From contig OX597816.1 of assembly GCA_951406725.2 (NCBI GenBank), forward strand, positions 105,338,001 to 105,402,000: a stretch of DNA of 64,000 bases. Direction: 5' to 3'. The stretch is from Octopus vulgaris (lineage: Eukaryota). Below the pieces are notes generated by a model. That model saw only the letters and a list, made by a program, of their open reading frames with translations, did not search any database and was not told the origin of the DNA. Below are positions 36,727 to 64,000 of this stretch, in pieces (the stretch's first letter is position 1; every line of letters starts with the position of its first letter). The translations under genes and the position numbers were made by a program.

Positions 36727-39062
36727 TGTCTCGATTCTAGAAACATGATTACTTGTAAAAATGTGAGCATTTTTAGTGCTTATTGTACCTGCACATCTTC
36801 CATACACAAACCTTCCTGTGACTACTACACCTATATAGTGGTATCAGGAAGGTTAACGGAGAATAAATTACATAGATGGAAACAAACCAACACTGGTGGG
36901 AAACAAGGCTTCTCTCAGTTTCCATCTACTACATCTGCTCACAAGGCTTTGGTTAGTCTGGGGTTATAGCAGAAGACACTTGCCTAAGATACCATGCAGA
37001 GGGACAATCCAAAATCATATTGGGAAGCAAGCTTATCATACAGCCATGTAAGAAAAAAAAAAAAAAAAAAAAGTATCAGGAATATATGAATTACACCGCT
37101 AATGTTTCAAGTATGTTTATGAACACACTAGTTCTCTCAACAACTCAAACCTAGTTTTTATGAATGTTGCAATTGAAAATTACTTTTCATTGAGTAAATT
37201 GCTGACTGATTTCAACCTGCATTGTATATGAACATTTGGAAGTACATGTATTATCATATTGAAACAGTGTACCACTGAAACTGGTACTGATCTACCTTTT
37301 GGTGGTATGTAGGAAATAAAAAACAAAGTAATATTCCATTATGCATACAAATAAAAAAATTTTTTTTTTCATAAAATACAAATTTATTCTTCAAATTATT
37401 ACAGCTTTCCTTTATATTTATTTATGTGAAGAAACAGATGACTATACAAATTTTCAACACTCATTTTTCAAACAAACTAGCCAAATTTGCTTCAACATAA
37501 GTATTTTTGACTTCAAAGGCCGAAATTATAAGGGGCAAACGAAAACATAAAGACAGGCAAATGTGTTGGTATGTACAAGTAATGAGAAAAAACAAGATCA
37601 ATTAGGTATGTGTTCTGAATATTGATGGAACTTACGGCAGGTGCAGACCAAAGTCAAGTCATGTATGAAAATATTGGGTATTACTGACAAACCCATGCTA
37701 GCAAGGAAAGCGGATGTTAAACAATGATGATGATAATGATTGACAAAAAGGCACAAAACCAAGACCTCACAGGCCTGACATGAAGTAGAAATGCTAACTA
37801 AAACCAAACAAGAAACAAAGCCCACAAAATAACTGCAAAAACAGAAGAAATTATGTGGTGTATCACTGACAAGATGAAAAAATTTGCTAGTGAACTACTA
37901 TACAAAGCTAGACTTAACTGAGAATATGCCAGTACAGGAACTTGTAAATCAAATTTGCAACATTAATCCTCATTGGAAATTACAAGAAATAAGAAACTAT
38001 TACACGTATTTTCAAAGTTATATGGTGTAAACATCTAAATTACTAATATAGAACTGAAATGATATATCTAATAAAGCACATATTGTAGGATCACTAGCTA
38101 TGTTGCATATCTCTCCATAACTGCACTAACAGAAACATCGAAGACTCCATTTACAGCAAAAACTATAACATTGAATGAGTGTATTTTTCAGATAAATGCC
38201 GAGAAAGACACAGTGAGAACAGACATGAAATAATAATTTGCTAGATAAAGCAATCACATTTCCTTGAAATCATACTTTACGATCAGAAAAACATGCTAGA
38301 TAAATGCAATTTTAGATGTATAATGTTCTGCTTAAAAAAACCAAAAACATGATGGTCAAAGCAGGAATGCTTTTGATCATAATAGGGCAAGTCAATCAAA
38401 CCTAATGAACAAGATTTTGACAAAGTAGCTAGAAATAATTTTTTAACTTTAGGAATGAAAGCTTTATCCTAATGAATAGTATTTTGTCTCATAAAATAAA
38501 TAGTACTGACCAATATGGTGGATGGAAAAAATCCTAGAAACCCAAAAGATTGTTTCCCCACCAGCCCTGCCTTCAATTTCCATAGACAATTGTCTAAAAA
38601 TACTGTGTATCATTGTTCTGGTATATCTTCTACCATTGATTCTAACTTTTTATTAAACATTGTACAGAATATAACTGAAAAAAATTCTCTTGTTCTGATT
38701 TTGGATGATGACACTGCAATAATGTATACAGAAAACTGAGGTGAATTATGTTTGCAATTACAATGAAAAAGGTGATTGCAAGAATCATGAAAGCATTGGA
38801 CATCAACTTCCATTAGAGCTGACTTTGCCTTTAATCCTGTTGGTAAAATGAGTACCAATCAAGTGCTCCAGTACTGGTTTCAATATAAATGAATCCCCAT
38901 CACCATCACAAAGTAAGTGGCCTTGTGCCAATGAAAGAATTCAATAATAACGATTTCCAACTCAAGCACAAGGCCATAAGTTTTTTTATATTAATGATGA
39001 ATAAAGTTAGTCATTTAAATCAATTCCAGAGGGAAGCAAGGTAAAGTTGACCTCCATGGGAT

Positions 39063-40479
39063 TTAATCCTTTTGATACGAACCTGGCTGTAGCCAGCTGA
39101 AAATTTTTTTGGTTCATAAGAACAACCCGGCCAAGAGTACCCATTGTTATTTAAATGTGAATTTAAGCACAAATCTTGTTAGTGCATTTGTAAAAATACA
39201 TGATTTCACTTTGTAAATAGTTGAGTTATAGTATCCGACATTGCTTGATGTGATATCTGAACTCAGTGAATTTTGGGAGATTTCTTTTCCACATTTTTTC
39301 GGCATTGATGTTTCTTCAACTTTGAAAATGGATAGGAGTTTCACGTTATCAAGCAGTGATTCCAAATTTAATGTTTTTTCAACGGAAAATAAAGAGATAT
39401 TGAGAAAAAGAATGAATGAGATACAAAAGCTCGTGGTGTACAATAATGAATAGGATATTTCTGTATGCAAAACCAAAAGCAGCGATAGCGACAGCAAAGA
39501 CAATTTTACATCTGAATGAAGAAAAAACTTTAAAAATGTCTTTTATTAGCAATTTTTCTGAGGAGATAGAGTCTATCCATAGTCTTTCTTAGGAAGCAAA
39601 ACCATTAGAGTTTTATTTTTTTTCAGTAGGCTTGTTTGAAGCGATCACTGCGGAAACAAACTTGCGCAAAATGTAAACAAACAGAAAATGGGGGATCAAA
39701 GTTTGAAAAATTTGCGAAGCAAATACTGGGTACTGCTGTGGATTTAGTTTTTCATCATCATCGTTTAGCGTTCGCTTTCCATGCTAGCATGGGTTGGACG
39801 GTTCAACTGAGGTCTGGGAAGCCAGAAGGCTGCACCAGGCCCAGTCTGATCTGGCAATGTTTCTATGGCTGGATGCCCTTCCTAATGCCAACCACTCTGT
39901 GAGTGTAGTGGGTGCTCTTTACGTGCCACCGGCACGTTTTTATATAAGGAAAATAATGTTAGTCAGCATGGCCGAGAATTTATCATTTCCATACCATAAT
40001 CAGGGCTGTATATTATTTTTTGACCGATTTCTTTAGTTCAGTCAAACTTGCGGTGGATTCCGGTATTTCAGCTTATTTCACCTTTATGGTACACCTATTC
40101 TGTTGTGCATTAAATTCAACTGATGATCTAGTGATGTGCACAATTCTTCTATCTCAAAATTTTGTTGCATACCCAATTGAATATTAGCTGATGATTCATT
40201 TTCTATGGTAATGTTTCAACAAGATTTTAATATCTTTATTTTTTGTTCAGTTTACCTGGATTTACCTGTAATTAAAGTCACTTTAAGACAAAAGTTATGC
40301 AACAGAATTGATTACAAACTCTTTCTTTAATTATGTTTCAAATATCACATTAATATGTTGATAAGTAAAAAAAGTTACAGATGTTTAATGAAACTAGTCT
40401 AAATTCACGATTATTTTAGAATTTAATTGAAACTCATCAGAGTGTATTTTGGTTAGAAATATAGTAACGAAAGGGTTAA
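39063..40479 (+). mobile_element. Non-autonomous piggyBac-like element, long form, with an RTE-tail insert at 39752-39936
   Basis: ttaatccttttgatacgaacc at the start and aatatagtaacgaaagggttaa at the end; the termini match the short MITEs at 23682 and 51791. Confidence 0.65.
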
Positions 40480-40699
40480 CTTCAAAAATATAAAAGTTAA
40501 CTTAATGTTGCTAAGCATTTTGTCTGATATTTTACCACTTTGGTCAACCTATCTCCTTTATAATAAAATTTATTTAGCAGAAATAGGTACTCCGTCCACA
40601 TATTCCTCAAAATCCAGGAACTGCAGATATGACATGTACAACAAAAATAGTTTAAGAAATCAGAGAACAATCAAGTATATGAACATAGCTTGGGAATTT

Positions 40700-41300
40700 A
40701 AACTTCACAAACAATTCCTAAAATAATTAAACAGGATTGCCAGAAACAACAGAGCAAATACAACTTCAAAGATGACTGACAGCTTGACAAATGCCCAAAA
40801 AAAGGAAACTGGTGGTTTGATAACAGCCATTCAGGAGAATCAGGGTTTCCTAAATAGATATTACAAGAGGTATATTCTGAAACAATCAGGAATGTAACAT
40901 ATGTGGAGGGTTTGACAAGACTTATCTGCCTTCAAAGTAGCCTCCAGTTGCAGAAAAATGGTACAAAAAATTCCTAGAGACTTTGGTAGAAAATAAAATG
41001 CTGAGATTATCTGGAATATACAAGTATATACAACAAAGAGATAAGAGCAAACCAAACAGCCATCATTATTGACAACAGATCCAGGTTTTGCACACTAATT
41101 GATGTGGTTTACCTAAATGACAAAAACAACTTGGTAAAAGGTAGCTGAAAAACTCTCTAAGTATAAAAACCTTATGATAGAAATAGCAAAAATACAAAAT
41201 ATAGGTACATTATATAAGTACTAGTTGTGAATATGATATGGAAATCAGAATTGAAAAATTGCCTGAGATCTTTATTGGTGAAGTTCAGAAAATAGTAAGC
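40700..41300 (+). mobile_element. Decayed non-LTR retrotransposon with a restriction-like endonuclease (R4/Dong-type)
   Basis: Fragmented reading EIIWNIQVYTTKEIRAN...IIID...CTLIDVVYLND.N....EKLSKYKNLMIEI, resembling the PD-(D)...K..KY..L RLE signature. Confidence 0.6.
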
Positions 41301-41817
41301 CCTATAATCTGTGTAAAATATCTACAAATAAAGAGGGGGAAAAAAACTCATGAATAAATCTACTTTAAAAGCTGTGAAATGCTTTAGAAGAGCAGAGTAT
41401 GTATCTGTAACAGGATAATAATGGTAATGATGATAATTTCTGACATAGAAAGAAACAAGGCCACAAATTTTGGAGTAGGGGAGTCAATTAAATTAGTTTT
41501 ACTAATATTCATGTTTAGAATAGAAAGATGAAAAGCAAAGCCAAACATGGCAAGATTTGAACACAGAACATAGTGATGCAACAAAATCCCACAAGGAACT
41601 TACTTTAGACACTATGCCATCTGCCATCCAGTCATTGGTCTAATGTTCAAATCCCACAAGTTGATTTTATTTCCAACCCTTGCATGGATAATACAATGAG
41701 TACCAATAGTAAATAACTGTCACTCTACCCAAAATACATCAGTATCAATACTGGCTTTATGACCAGAAAGAGGACAGGAGGGAAAGGTTTAAAAGAATTA
41801 ATATTCTTTTAAGAAAT

Positions 41818-63461
<21,644 letters not shown>

Positions 63462-64000
63462 CTAAAATATAATAAAGAAACACCTTAAATATGCACAATT
63501 ATAGGCAACATATTTACCAAGCATACACAAACAGTATGATAAAGTGAATGCAGAATAAGATTTCAGAATAAAAGAAAAAATACACAAACATGCACACAGC
63601 TGCAAGTTACTTTCCCAGATAAAAAAGTCTAAGAAGGATGTAAAATTCAGAATCAGACAATTAATTATAAGTTTGATATAAAAAGAGCTATAGGCTTACT
63701 AAAAGAACTCTAAGTCATGTAAGCCTACTATAAATTCATCTTTACCAAATAATTTTGTCTGTTACTCAGCATTGGCAGGATGAATCTATTAAATACTATT
63801 GCTAAATTTCCAATCAATTTATTTTGTGGTGATAATATGGTTAAAATAGAAAGATTTTATAGAACCTACTTACAACTGATGTATTAGCAAGTACTATGTA
63901 ATGTAATTAGTAGTACAGGTAACAGGCAACTGTAGTAAGATTTCCATCAACAAGAATGCTTCTCTTTGTCTTAAGTTGGTGATTATAATGTCTGATATTA

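Noticed and set aside
63874-64000. Additional MSH2 exon (GTAAGT-like donor near 63869-63873)
   Set aside because: The translations do not resemble the expected upstream MSH2 segment.

Overview
AT-rich eukaryotic genomic DNA. The repeat repertoire (tRNA-derived SINEs, RTE retroposon tails ending in (GAT)n, TTAA and TA MITEs) suggests an octopus-like cephalopod; this is an inference. Two intron-rich housekeeping genes lie in tandem on the minus strand and were assembled by hand from GT-AG boundaries and phase continuity. EXOC3/Sec6 has 19 coding exons from the ATG at 31237 down to 1195 (about 636 codons), and its 3' end lies beyond the left edge. MSH2 has 17 coding exons from 63461 down to the stop at 41818 (about 652 aa), and its 5' end lies beyond the right edge. 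Almost everything else is transposon-derived: Helitrons (one with a PIF1 helicase fragment), a Chapaev3-like transposase relic, mariner and pogo/Tigger relics, piggyBac-like and Tc1-like MITEs, RTE and R4/Dong-type LINE fragments, Penelope-like fragments (one with a hammerhead-ribozyme-like core), SINEs and microsatellites. I found no convincing new multi-gene system. The best leads are a possible in-frame MSH2-to-Chapaev3 splice fusion, a variant minimal hammerhead motif, a CpG-retaining and possibly bidirectional promoter block, and inverted retroposon pairs flanking exons.
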